The notes beneath the pieces are model-generated. The model ran no database searches, had not been told where the DNA came from, and saw only the letters and a list, made by a program, of their open reading frames with translations. DNA of 64,000 nt, from IMG/VR virus record IMGVR_UViG_3300030430_004105, positions 19,219 through 83,218 of that record; one strand, 5' to 3'. This document shows positions 30,688 through 40,045 of this stretch, piece by piece. The translations under genes and the position numbers were made by a program. Position 1 is the first letter of the stretch; the number at the start of each line of letters is the position of its first letter. Source of the DNA: a virus.

Positions 30688-31859
30688 TTTTCAATTGCGA
30701 TGTGATATTCTTCGCCATATTCCTTGTCAATTGATTGCCTCATAGCCATCGCTCCGCTCTTGGATCCATTAGGGTGTCCGTGAATCGCTCCTCCGACATT
30801 AGCCATATAGTCCAATCCAAAACGCTTGTTGATGGCTTTTACAAGCCCAGCATGCATACCACAACTGAGGGCTGGCATTACATTTCTATTATGAAGAACG
30901 TCCAAAGTATTCTTAAGTTCGTCTTCGTTGTCAGACATATACCCTCCCCACATTCCAGCGTGAATAAAATCAACTCCCATCAAGCCAGCAAGATCACAAA
31001 TAACATCCCAAGAGATGTGATAGTCATGAGATTTATTAGTCAAAACTTTGTCTCCGCTTTTCTGAAAGTGTATGAACATAGGAAGATCCAACTCTCTGAT
31101 CGATTTGTAAACTCCCAGTCCACTCCAAAAATTAATGTGTACTGCGTTTGCTCCAAGTTCATATACCCTCTTTACTCTATCGATAACATGATGAGGATCA
31201 CAATTTATACAAACTGCATAGACAACATTCTTATCCTTCAAATATTCCATAATCTTTGGAACCCTTTCTTCGATTGGGCAGCATGCAGGATTAGACATGA
31301 TCTCATCTTCTTTGATGAAATTGATTCCACCTTCTACCATTTCTTTAACCATCTCTAGCAAGACATCACTGTTGACACCAATCTTAGGCTTCACGATCCC
31401 TCCAAATAGTGGTTTATCGTGAGCACCAGTAAAGTCTCTAATACCATCAATTCCATATTTCGGCTTCATGAAATAATTATCTTCTATATGCTGTGGAAAG
31501 TCCACTTCCAAAAGATGACATTTGGTAACAATATCGATATCCATTTGTCCTCCCATAAACTGGCACAGCAAATGTGAAACGCCATCAGACTCAAAGTCAG
31601 TGTTGGCAATAGGAAAGGCAATTGTTACCTCTCCCTCTTGTTTTGTTTTAAGTACTTCTTCGTTACCAATCACAAAACAAGAGTGATTTTCAAACAACTC
31701 ATCTGTTTCCCAATGGTTTCGGACATTAGGGTTTCCAACACTCTGTCCTATGCTCAAACCCCATGCAGCATCTCTTAAAGTTTCATTAGAAGATAAAAAA
31801 TATCTACATAAAATGTATTTCTCTCTATCTATCTCGTCTATTGTTCTAAAAATTTTCAT
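30669..31859 (-). CDS. RuBisCO-like protein (form IV, RLP)
   Basis: PKYGIDGIR, GGIVKPKIG, GINFIKEDE, GVDFIHAG, PALSCGMH, NVGGAIHGHPNG; the loop-6 lysine is absent. Confidence 0.92.
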   Translation of the reverse strand: MKIFRTIDEIDREKYILCRYFLSSNETLRDAAWGLSIGQSVGNPNVRNHWETDELFENHSCFVIGNEEVLKTKQEGEVTIAFPIANTDFESDGVSHLLCQFMGGQMDIDIVTKCHLLEVDFPQHIEDNYFMKPKYGIDGIRDFTGAHDKPLFGGIVKPKIGVNSDVLLEMVKEMVEGGINFIKEDEIMSNPACCPIEERVPKIMEYLKDKNVVYAVCINCDPHHVIDRVKRVYELGANAVHINFWSGLGVYKSIRELDLPMFIHFQKSGDKVLTNKSHDYHISWDVICDLAGLMGVDFIHAGMWGGYMSDNEDELKNTLDVLHNRNVMPALSCGMHAGLVKAINKRFGLDYMANVGGAIHGHPNGSKSGAMAMRQSIDKEYGEEYHIAIEKWGLTE

Positions 31860-32578
31860 AATTCCTCCAATTTTGTTAAAAAATTATTTAGTTCTTCAGG
31901 AGTTCCCATTCCCCTCATTTCATACACTGGATAAGGTTTAACAACCCCTCCTCTTGAGTTTATTAATATATTATACACTGGGCATATATAAAACTCATTG
32001 TTAAATCTAACGTTTCTAGATATCATCTCTTCGGCACAAGAAACATACTCTGATCCTTTAGCCCAATAATACATTCCAACTGTTGCAAAGTTACTTATCA
32101 CTTGCTTTTCGGCAACTTGTGTAATGTTTCCTGTATTATAGTCTACTCTTGAATACGAGTGCTTTGGGCTATCAGATAAGAAAAACGGTATGCAACCATC
32201 CAAACCTTTACAATAGTTCTGGAAGTGTTTAGGATCCCAATCAACCCATTGATCCGCATTTGCAATAAATAATGGCTCGTCATTATCAATATACTCTTTG
32301 GCTAGCAATGTTGTACATGCAGCACCCTCAGTTAAGCCATCTATCTCAACTAAAACAGAATTTTTTACACAATTTCGCAAATACTCTTTCATCTTTGGGT
32401 ATTTTTCCATGTGTTGTTTTTGGACTATGAAAATGTGTTCATTTTCAGGTAATCCAATATTTTCAATGACTCTTTGAATCATTGGTTTTCCGGCTACATC
32501 TATTAAAGGTTTAGGATCTGAGTAACCTGCTTTAAAAAATCTAGATCCTGCTCCTGCTAATGGTATTAATACTTTCAT
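31856..32578 (-). CDS. Sugar/organic-phosphate nucleotidyltransferase (NTP_transferase)
   Basis: LIPLAGAGSRF...PKPLI...TEGAACT...IANADQ...VAEK...NEFYICPVYN...GMGTPEEL. Confidence 0.9.
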   Translation of the reverse strand: MKVLIPLAGAGSRFFKAGYSDPKPLIDVAGKPMIQRVIENIGLPENEHIFIVQKQHMEKYPKMKEYLRNCVKNSVLVEIDGLTEGAACTTLLAKEYIDNDEPLFIANADQWVDWDPKHFQNYCKGLDGCIPFFLSDSPKHSYSRVDYNTGNITQVAEKQVISNFATVGMYYWAKGSEYVSCAEEMISRNVRFNNEFYICPVYNILINSRGGVVKPYPVYEMRGMGTPEELNNFLTKLEEL

Positions 32579-32587
32579 TTTTTCTCC

Positions 32588-33331
32588 TTAAAGTTTGTAT
32601 GCCCATCTTACCAATGGCACCATTCCATCTTCTTTATTTTTGTAATAATTGTCATATTTTTTTTGTATCATAAAGTTACCCATGTCTTCGAATAACCCCA
32701 GTTCTCTTAAATGCCTAGCGGCAATCATATGGTTAGAATCTAGTCCGTATGTTTCTAAAATATCATAAATTCTAGTAAAATTATACATATTATCGGAATT
32801 TGCAACAAACAATAGATCCCCAACTTCATAGTAATGAGACTCTCTATCGCAGCAAGAACCACGACATATTTCTGGATTGTACATATGTATTGGATCTGAG
32901 CCATTGTGATAAAATCTTTTCATGTCTAATCTGGAATCTTCAAAGTCAATCTTTTCTTGCAATGCTAAATCAAATCTAGATAATAATACGATATCGTACT
33001 TTATATTATGTTTTTGTTCATACTTTCTCATAACATCTAAAGATCGTTTGATAGAATACCAATTGCTTTTTATGGCAAATTGTCTAGTACTAAGATTAGA
33101 GCCAAAATCAATTTGATCTTGAAAAATACATCCTTTTGGATTATACATAGAAACCAACTCATCTTTAAATTGTCTATCCCAGCAATGAAAAAACACATCA
33201 ACATCATTATGATCTAACAAGTTCTCTTTCCAATGTTTAAACCCAATCTTTGCCGCATTCATATTCTGCCGTCCTAAAACATACTTTTTATTATTTCCTA
33301 CTTTTCCTCTCATACATAATGCTATTTTCAT
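32588..33331 (-). CDS. Putative glycosyltransferase (KIALC..G / HCW / YD....RFD type)
   Basis: MKIALCMRG...DVFFHCW...YDIVLLSRFDL...DLLF; glycan-locus context. Confidence 0.6.
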   Translation of the reverse strand: MKIALCMRGKVGNNKKYVLGRQNMNAAKIGFKHWKENLLDHNDVDVFFHCWDRQFKDELVSMYNPKGCIFQDQIDFGSNLSTRQFAIKSNWYSIKRSLDVMRKYEQKHNIKYDIVLLSRFDLALQEKIDFEDSRLDMKRFYHNGSDPIHMYNPEICRGSCCDRESHYYEVGDLLFVANSDNMYNFTRIYDILETYGLDSNHMIAARHLRELGLFEDMGNFMIQKKYDNYYKNKEDGMVPLVRWAYKL

Positions 33332-33334
33332 CTC

Positions 33335-34219
33335 TTACTCCCTTATATATAACCTAGATGCATACTTCACTAATTCACTTAATTCATTCCATTTAGAATA
33401 TCGATACGATTTATAATTGAATATCGGAACTGGGTTGTAACTATATTGCAACTGCAGAATCAGTCTTGGTTTAGTCTTAGGCACAGTGCCTCTATGAATT
33501 CCATATGTGTCAGCAAACCAACTAGTTCCCGATTCTCCTGAAATAGTCTTTGCCAGATCACGACTGAAGTATTTGAAAACTTGCTCGTCTGAATATCTCA
33601 CAATCTCAAACATGTCTTTTGGGAGATCGTCTTCTGTATGGCTCCTCTTTACATACACCTGCTCTCCTTCGCCCAGTTCCACATCACTAAGTAACACAAA
33701 AAATTTCACAAACTTATAATCGTCAGCATCTCTATGGAACAACTGCATGTTAATTGGCTCGCTCACATCTTGAGGAAAACTCCACATTGGAAGAACCAAT
33801 GAAAGAGTTGCAGGGCATCCCAAATAACTAGATGCCATTTTTGTCAACCTTTCGTTAGTAATTAATTCGATCATATTAGGGCATAATAGATTATCTTTTA
33901 TCGTGTGTCTCCCAAGTTTAATGTTCTTAGGTATATTTGCCAAATCAAATTTTTGATGGCTACCATAGAAATCATAACAAGGTTTTGTTAAAAAATATTT
34001 GTACATATCCTGTGATTGATCTTGATCAAGAACGTTATCGATTATCATGACACCGTTTTTTCTCAACTCTTCACAGTCCATGTTAAAATCAAATTTGTAC
34101 TCAGTCACAAGTCTGTTACAAGTTTCCATAGATCTGGAATGTCTTGTTGCAAGATCCAGAGTTGCTCTCTGTTCTTCCCACTCAGGAGTAGGAAACTTGA
34201 GTATCCAATTTTCAAACAT
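33335..34219 (-). CDS. 2OG-Fe(II) dioxygenase, PhyH-like
   Basis: FHRDAD...FFVLLSDV...ADTYGIHRG...R (HxD...H triad). Confidence 0.85.
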   Translation of the reverse strand: MFENWILKFPTPEWEEQRATLDLATRHSRSMETCNRLVTEYKFDFNMDCEELRKNGVMIIDNVLDQDQSQDMYKYFLTKPCYDFYGSHQKFDLANIPKNIKLGRHTIKDNLLCPNMIELITNERLTKMASSYLGCPATLSLVLPMWSFPQDVSEPINMQLFHRDADDYKFVKFFVLLSDVELGEGEQVYVKRSHTEDDLPKDMFEIVRYSDEQVFKYFSRDLAKTISGESGTSWFADTYGIHRGTVPKTKPRLILQLQYSYNPVPIFNYKSYRYSKWNELSELVKYASRLYIRE

Positions 34220-34808
34220 GTTTTATTTCCTTTAAGCAATTTTCGTGAAAGAAGTACACAGTGTCTTGTTTGTGCTTCAAAGGTAGTGTTTCTTCTGGGT
34301 GTAAGTTCATGAGTTTACCTCTCATTACTTTTGAAACCATCTCATGACATATAAAAATAATTTTTTGTCCCTCATATTTATCTAAAACAGATGATATTCT
34401 CTCACTTAATAATTCGTAACTCTCTCCCATCGGCACAATGTAGTGCCAATAATTACCTTTTTTGTACCTTCTGTCCAAAAACCCCGGAAAGTCTCTTTCT
34501 ATCTCTTCTTCTGTCTTTCCTTCCCAAAGCCCAAAGCAGTGTTCCTTTAAGTTTTCTTCTGTTATACACTGCATAAAATCAACACCTAGAGATTCACATA
34601 TTATGCTAGCATATTGCTGACATCTCCATTGAGGTGATGTAATAAATTTATATTCTCCTATATCTTTTCCTTCAAACTCCCTTTTGATCAAATCTGCTGT
34701 TCTTTTTGCTTGATCAATTCCTTTAATAGTCAGAGGAGAGTCTTTTTGTCCCTGCTTTCTTTTAGCCAAATTCCACACAGTCTGTCCATGTCTAATAATA
34801 TAAATCAT
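34212..34808 (-). CDS. Histidine phosphatase (phosphoglycerate-mutase family)
   Basis: IIRHGQT, SP..RC, LKE..FG.WEG, GES, ICH. Confidence 0.92.
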   Translation of the reverse strand: MIYIIRHGQTVWNLAKRKQGQKDSPLTIKGIDQAKRTADLIKREFEGKDIGEYKFITSPQWRCQQYASIICESLGVDFMQCITEENLKEHCFGLWEGKTEEEIERDFPGFLDRRYKKGNYWHYIVPMGESYELLSERISSVLDKYEGQKIIFICHEMVSKVMRGKLMNLHPEETLPLKHKQDTVYFFHENCLKEIKHV

Positions 34809-35647
34809 ACGTACTTCATATCCTTGAGAAAATCCAATTCCTCTTTATGAAACTCAGTCAGTCCAGCATTATTCTCTAGAATCAATTTATCTATCGTTTC
34901 ATTCATTTCTCTGTACTTTTCTGGTGTCAGAGCGCAACCTAAATGGTGGATACCCCAATCTAAAGAGAGAGAAAAGTGTCTTTCAATCATTCTGGCGCCT
35001 TGGAGAGTTGCTAAAATAGATGGTGCATATCCAATTTCATGCCCAGAATACCCTATCTTTATATTATCACTTTCAAATTTGTTCCGAAGGTGTGTTATAT
35101 AAGTGATATTTGACTTGCCATCTGGTGTTGGGTAAATCGAAACTGTATGAAGCAAGAATGCTTTAAGTTTAAATCTATTAATTTTATTAACTAACTTTGA
35201 AACAAACTCATCAGACTTTCCACCCAAACTTATTATTAGTGGCTTATCCTCCTTAGCGCACAAAGTCATAACCTTATCAACTAATTCTGTTTTACCAGCA
35301 TCCATACTAGCAACTTTGTAGAAAGGAGGATCAAAAGTTTTAATGAATTCAAGCCCCTCTTCGTCATGTACAGTGCAGAACCATCTTATTCCTTTTGAAT
35401 TGCAGTAATTTGCTAAATATTCAAAATCTTCTTTACTTAACTCCAAAGATCCTCGATATGTCTTAAAATCAAAATTTCTCCATTTTTTACCATCGTCTTT
35501 GTAATATTTTTTAACATTCTTGAATTTAAGTTTAATTAGATTTGCCCCACCGGATACGGCTTCGTCAATCATTTTTTGAGCAATTTTAACCATACCTAGG
35601 TGGTTAATACTCAACTCTGCCACCATAATAGGTTTTTCAATTACCAT
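34805..35647 (-). CDS. neuB: NeuB/SpsE-family nonulosonate synthase, lacking the C-terminal SAF domain
   Basis: AELSINHLG, KVASMD, LLHTVSIYPT, GYSGHEIG, IERHFSL; 280 aa. Confidence 0.85.
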   Translation of the reverse strand: MVIEKPIMVAELSINHLGMVKIAQKMIDEAVSGGANLIKLKFKNVKKYYKDDGKKWRNFDFKTYRGSLELSKEDFEYLANYCNSKGIRWFCTVHDEEGLEFIKTFDPPFYKVASMDAGKTELVDKVMTLCAKEDKPLIISLGGKSDEFVSKLVNKINRFKLKAFLLHTVSIYPTPDGKSNITYITHLRNKFESDNIKIGYSGHEIGYAPSILATLQGARMIERHFSLSLDWGIHHLGCALTPEKYREMNETIDKLILENNAGLTEFHKEELDFLKDMKYV

Positions 35648-36291
35648 CTTCCCATTTCCTCCACTATTTGTTCAAATGTTTTTTCCGTTTCATTAATCAA
35701 GAAACGAACTCTTTTTTCTCTTTCTAATTGTTCCAGTGCAATCGATTTAAATCTATCTTTAAGATCAGATCTTACAATTATAACACCATCTCTACTAGCA
35801 AACGAGTAATCATTTGGGGTTATCTTCACCCCCTCTATTTCAATATCAATCTGATATCTCGTCAAAGCCCAATAGTCTAAAGCATCAATTGGATTTTCGT
35901 CTTTACAAAACACAGGAAAATCTAGTTGATCAATAATATCGATATCTCTAACTACTCCATCTGTCACAAAACCTTTTGCTCCGAGTTTCTTATATATTAA
36001 AGAAGTTATATCACCACTATGTGCTACTTTGTCGTCATTCGCTTGTAAATAGACAATTGGATTATTCGCAAACATACTTGGCTTATACATATCAAGCCTT
36101 ATATTGTCTAGTTTTGAATAATCTACTTTCCAATCTCGTACCACTTCTCCATAAGTAGTGAAACAATCTCCCTGAATAATCGAGGTATAGCCACACTTGG
36201 GCTTTATATTAATATAAAAATCTTTATATTGTTCACCCATCAGCCTTAACGAATCATATACTATACCCATATAAATATCATTTGGTAACAT
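35641..36291 (-). CDS. RraA / HMG-aldolase family protein
   Basis: AHSGDITS...GFVTDGVVRDI...FPVF...I.P.D...ASRDGVII. Confidence 0.85.
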   Translation of the reverse strand: MLPNDIYMGIVYDSLRLMGEQYKDFYINIKPKCGYTSIIQGDCFTTYGEVVRDWKVDYSKLDNIRLDMYKPSMFANNPIVYLQANDDKVAHSGDITSLIYKKLGAKGFVTDGVVRDIDIIDQLDFPVFCKDENPIDALDYWALTRYQIDIEIEGVKITPNDYSFASRDGVIIVRSDLKDRFKSIALEQLEREKRVRFLINETEKTFEQIVEEMGRW

Positions 36292-36946
36292 TCATCAACC
36301 TCTCAATTAATTCTAGATCTTCATTGACATTTATATCTAAAGATTCAATTTTTGAAACCCCTATCATCATTGGGCTCTCTCCAACTCTTGTCTTGTTTTT
36401 AAGTAGAGAATCTACAGTTATGCCGTAAAGTCCGTGTGTCTCCATTTTCAAGATATCTAATTCAAAACTGTTAGGCAGTTCTTTGGTTGAAAAATTATAA
36501 GATTTCCCATCTTTCCAGAAATACTCTTGAACATCTACAGTCGTGAAAAAAGAATCGTGATGAGGAAGTCCGTGGTTAACAAATCTTTCAATGCAAAAAT
36601 CTATAGTTTCAGATCTTAACAATGGTGAAGTGCAAAATGTCTGCAATAGTATGTCACATTCGTCAACGCTGTGAAGTCCGTATATCATCATTTCATTGGC
36701 ACCTATGTCATTTGTTGCGAGACTAGGGTGTCTTTTGATTAATTTCAATCCTCTAGAAAAAAGCGACTTTACACTAGCAATGATATCGTCACTTTCAGTA
36801 TCTAGATAAACGTTGTCTATGTTTTCACATTTGAGTGCTTTTTCACATGCAAGAAAAACCAATGTCTTTCCATTGATTTCGTACAAATTTTTATTTTTTA
36901 TCCTTTTGCTAGTTCCTTTAGCAGGGATAATTAAATTGATTTTCAT
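36278..36946 (-). CDS. CMP-nonulosonate / CMP-Kdo-type cytidylyltransferase (NeuA/KdsB family)
   Basis: IIPAKGTSKRIKNKN, TSPLL, LDINVNEDL. Confidence 0.88.
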   Translation of the reverse strand: MKINLIIPAKGTSKRIKNKNLYEINGKTLVFLACEKALKCENIDNVYLDTESDDIIASVKSLFSRGLKLIKRHPSLATNDIGANEMMIYGLHSVDECDILLQTFCTSPLLRSETIDFCIERFVNHGLPHHDSFFTTVDVQEYFWKDGKSYNFSTKELPNSFELDILKMETHGLYGITVDSLLKNKTRVGESPMMIGVSKIESLDINVNEDLELIERLMNVTK

Positions 36947-37758
36947 ATTTTAAATCTCCGTATTTTTTTAGATAAAAAGCATTTGTCTGATTCATATGCT
37001 TCTATTGAGTTTCCTAGTTTTTCAAAATACTCTGCAAACACTCTAGACAGATTAATCGAATCTAGCATTTCAGAGTTGTATGGCTTTCCACAAGGATTTA
37101 TAGTTTTATTTCTAGATTCTTCATGATAAAAATGCTCAACAAAGCCTTCAATGCTGGGATCTGCATAATCCCACCCTACTGTTTTTACCTTATCAAACCC
37201 TAAATGCAAAGCAAAAAATAACACATTTTCATACATTATACCTGCTCCCCACTCTCTCATTAGTCCTGTTTTTTCAAAAGTATAATTCTCTAAACCATCA
37301 AAATCTTCAAAATATTGTTTTCTAGATAAAGGCATTCTAGTAGGTGTGCCATTACCAGTTGTGTCTCTGTTTATTATTTGTCCAGTAACTCTAGAACAAA
37401 TATCAACTTGTTGATTTTTCCAATACGCTGCTCTAGCAATAACCTCACTATTCCAATCAGATGATCCAATATAAAAACTTTCTTCTTTGTCGGGATAGTA
37501 GACATAGTTATTTGTATTAAAAAAATGAAAATCAATATAGTCTTTAAAAGGAAAATAACTTTGCTTGATAGTCATCAAACAATTGTTTTTCAGTTCTAGT
37601 TTTAACTTTTCTTTATCAATGTCTTTTAGAGATGGGCCGCATCCTAAAATATAACACGTTTGTCCCTTGAATTTGTCTTTAAAGAAAGACAGCCTCTCTT
37701 CATAAGAAGAAAGACTTTTTGCTTCAGCGATTATACTTTTTATATCTTTTTTGTTCAC
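36943..37758 (-). CDS. Maf_flag10 / MptE-like (DUF115) putative nonulosonate transferase
   Basis: KDKFKGQTCYILGCGPSLK...FALHLGF.....GWDY...HFY. Confidence 0.75.
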   Translation of the reverse strand: MNKKDIKSIIAEAKSLSSYEERLSFFKDKFKGQTCYILGCGPSLKDIDKEKLKLELKNNCLMTIKQSYFPFKDYIDFHFFNTNNYVYYPDKEESFYIGSSDWNSEVIARAAYWKNQQVDICSRVTGQIINRDTTGNGTPTRMPLSRKQYFEDFDGLENYTFEKTGLMREWGAGIMYENVLFFALHLGFDKVKTVGWDYADPSIEGFVEHFYHEESRNKTINPCGKPYNSEMLDSINLSRVFAEYFEKLGNSIEAYESDKCFLSKKIRRFKI

Positions 37759-37774
37759 ATAAACCTCTTTATAT

Positions 37775-37804
37775 ATTATACGTTTAAGTTTGTCATTTTA
37801 TTCA
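37775..37804 (-). promoter_or_regulatory. Class-I promoter TGAATAAA-N9-TTAAACG-TATAAT
   Basis: Motif copy overlapping the 3' end of gmd, upstream of the 10-gene cassette. Confidence 0.8.
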
Positions 37805-38780
37805 AATTAATTTGCTCTCTTCTTAGATCTTTCTCGTACATCTCCATTGCAAGTTCTTCAAAATCATATTCAGGCACCCAGCCCAATGTCTTCATCATCT
37901 TGGATGGATCTCCCCATAACTTTGGCACTTCGCAAGGACGATAAAACTTAGGATCAATGACTACGTGATCTTTGATGTCCAGCCCAGCATAGTCAAAAAC
38001 ATACTCTAAAAATTCTTGAACTGAGTTAGTTTTACCAGTTGCTAGCACATAATCATCTGCTACATCGTGCTGAAGCATCATCCACATTCCTTTAACATAA
38101 TCAGCAGCATGTCCCCAGTCTCTTTGGGCAGACAAGTTTCCAAGCCTTAGTTCATCTTGTAAGCCCAACTTGATTCTTGCAGCGGCTTTGGTAATCTTTC
38201 TGGTTACAAAGTTTTCTCCTCGTCTTGGAGATTCATGATTGAAAAGAATACCAGAGCATGCGTAAATCCCATAAGACTTTCTATAAGTGCTTACCATATG
38301 GTGTGCTGCTAATTTAGCACATGCATAAGGCGAGACAGGAGAAAAGTGGGTATCAAGTCCTTGCGGACACTGAGTATTATCACCAAACATCTCGCTCGTA
38401 GATGCCTGATAGAACTTGCAGGATGGCTTCTGGAGCCTTATTGCCTCTAGGGCATACAAACACCCCATCATATTGATCTCAGTCGTACTAACAGGCGTTT
38501 TAAAGGACGTACCGACATGTGATTGAGCAGCCAAATTATAGTATTCATCTGGTTGGTATTCAGATATCAAGCGATAAAGTGAAGAAGAATCTGTTACATC
38601 TGCCTCTTCTAAGATAAAATTACCGTCATCAAGTAAATGAGTTATGTTCTGGCATTTGTTTTCAAAGTCTGAAACTGTTCTTCGATATGTGCCTATAACC
38701 TTGTAGCCCTTATCAATCAGAAGATCTGAAAGATAAGAGCCGTCTTGTCCAGTTACTCCAGTAATTATTGCAGTTTTCAT
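37776..38780 (-). CDS. gmd: GDP-mannose 4,6-dehydratase
   Basis: ITGVTGQDGSYL, YNLAAQSHV, FYQASTSEMFG, SPYACAK, FNHESPRRGENFVTRKIT, RDWGHA. Confidence 0.96.
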   Translation of the reverse strand: MKTAIITGVTGQDGSYLSDLLIDKGYKVIGTYRRTVSDFENKCQNITHLLDDGNFILEEADVTDSSSLYRLISEYQPDEYYNLAAQSHVGTSFKTPVSTTEINMMGCLYALEAIRLQKPSCKFYQASTSEMFGDNTQCPQGLDTHFSPVSPYACAKLAAHHMVSTYRKSYGIYACSGILFNHESPRRGENFVTRKITKAAARIKLGLQDELRLGNLSAQRDWGHAADYVKGMWMMLQHDVADDYVLATGKTNSVQEFLEYVFDYAGLDIKDHVVIDPKFYRPCEVPKLWGDPSKMMKTLGWVPEYDFEELAMEMYEKDLRREQINLNKMTNLNV

Positions 38781-40045
38781 AATAAAAACTCCTCTTCATC
38801 TGGGCTGTCAAATTGTATTCCTAGTTCTTCGTTAAAACGATTAAACCAATACTGCTCACCTTCATAAGAATCTCGAAGTTGCTCAGCCATTTCTGTCCAT
38901 TTGTCAATATTTTCATAAACATCTCTCATTTTACTTTTAGCATCAGCATCATCAATATAAGCCCAACTAGATTCAGCATGAAGAACTCCATCCCAAACTG
39001 CATTTTGAGGAACCTGTCTCAGTTCACACTTAACAGCAGCAAACTTTTTCTTGTATGTTGTGATTTTGCCCCTAGTTTTTCCACCTTTGAGTTTTCCGGG
39101 AGGGTTAATGTCCTCTTTGATGGCTAAAAAGTCTAAGTGTCCACTCCAATCTGTTGCTATAACAGGAAGCCCATTACAAGAAGCCTCATATAAAGGAAGT
39201 CCAAAACCTTCACCATGCGTAAAAGACACAACAGCCTTTACTTTAGGATGATTATATAAACCTTGCATTTGTTCGTCAGATAAATTTCCATGAAGTAGAT
39301 TTATAGAACATTTCCACCCTCCTTCTTTTGCTGTTTTCGAAACTTGCTCAAATTGTTTTTTAATGTTATGGTAGTCCATAACAGAATCGTTTGCCTGATG
39401 AACTTTGAAAAGCAAGCCAACTTCTTCATTCTTGAACTCTTCAAGAAAATTATGTAAAACAGCATCTACATTTTTTCGTGGGCCTAACTGAGCAACACAT
39501 AGAAAGTTGAAATCATGTCTAAGGTTTAGATCCAGTTCTTCTACTTCGATATCTCTCTTAGGAAAACCAACGAACGACATAGGTGTATCGCATTTGTATT
39601 CAGGTATCTTTTGTCCAGTCTTGGTATCAGTTGCTTCATAAGAAGTGTCTCTATAAACTTCCATGCTGTGTTTAGAAATTGTGATAATTTTATCAACCTC
39701 ATTTCCCTTTACCAACCATTCACCAGCAACTCTGTTAGTTTCAATACCTGCTGTATATCCAATATCATGAGGAGATAAACGCTTCCATTCGTTAGGTATT
39801 GTACACTGCACGGTTGCATCATATTGCCCATTGTTCTGCATATACAAAACTGTTTTTTGAAGCAACGCATCAATCAGTTTTCTTTCCTGATCGTCTCTCC
39901 AAATCCATCCTGATCTTCCCCAACTAATATTGTGTACATATAAATCAACTGCGGGGTTTGACATCAATGCCCTAAGAGCAAATCTGCCCATTTCACCATA
40001 TCCGGAACGTGAAAGTACCGGTGCCACTAATAATATTTTTTTCAT
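38777..40045 (-). CDS. GT4-family glycosyltransferase
   Basis: SGYG, RKN, HGEGFGLPLYEA...LPVIATDWSGHLDF. Confidence 0.88.
   Translation of the reverse strand: MKKILLVAPVLSRSGYGEMGRFALRALMSNPAVDLYVHNISWGRSGWIWRDDQERKLIDALLQKTVLYMQNNGQYDATVQCTIPNEWKRLSPHDIGYTAGIETNRVAGEWLVKGNEVDKIITISKHSMEVYRDTSYEATDTKTGQKIPEYKCDTPMSFVGFPKRDIEVEELDLNLRHDFNFLCVAQLGPRKNVDAVLHNFLEEFKNEEVGLLFKVHQANDSVMDYHNIKKQFEQVSKTAKEGGWKCSINLLHGNLSDEQMQGLYNHPKVKAVVSFTHGEGFGLPLYEASCNGLPVIATDWSGHLDFLAIKEDINPPGKLKGGKTRGKITTYKKKFAAVKCELRQVPQNAVWDGVLHAESSWAYIDDADAKSKMRDVYENIDKWTEMAEQLRDSYEGEQYWFNRFNEELGIQFDSPDEEEFLL

Noticed and set aside
30669-31859. Phage carbon fixation by a true RuBisCO
   Set aside because: The K334, H294, N123 and E60 equivalents appear missing, and no small subunit or PRK is nearby.
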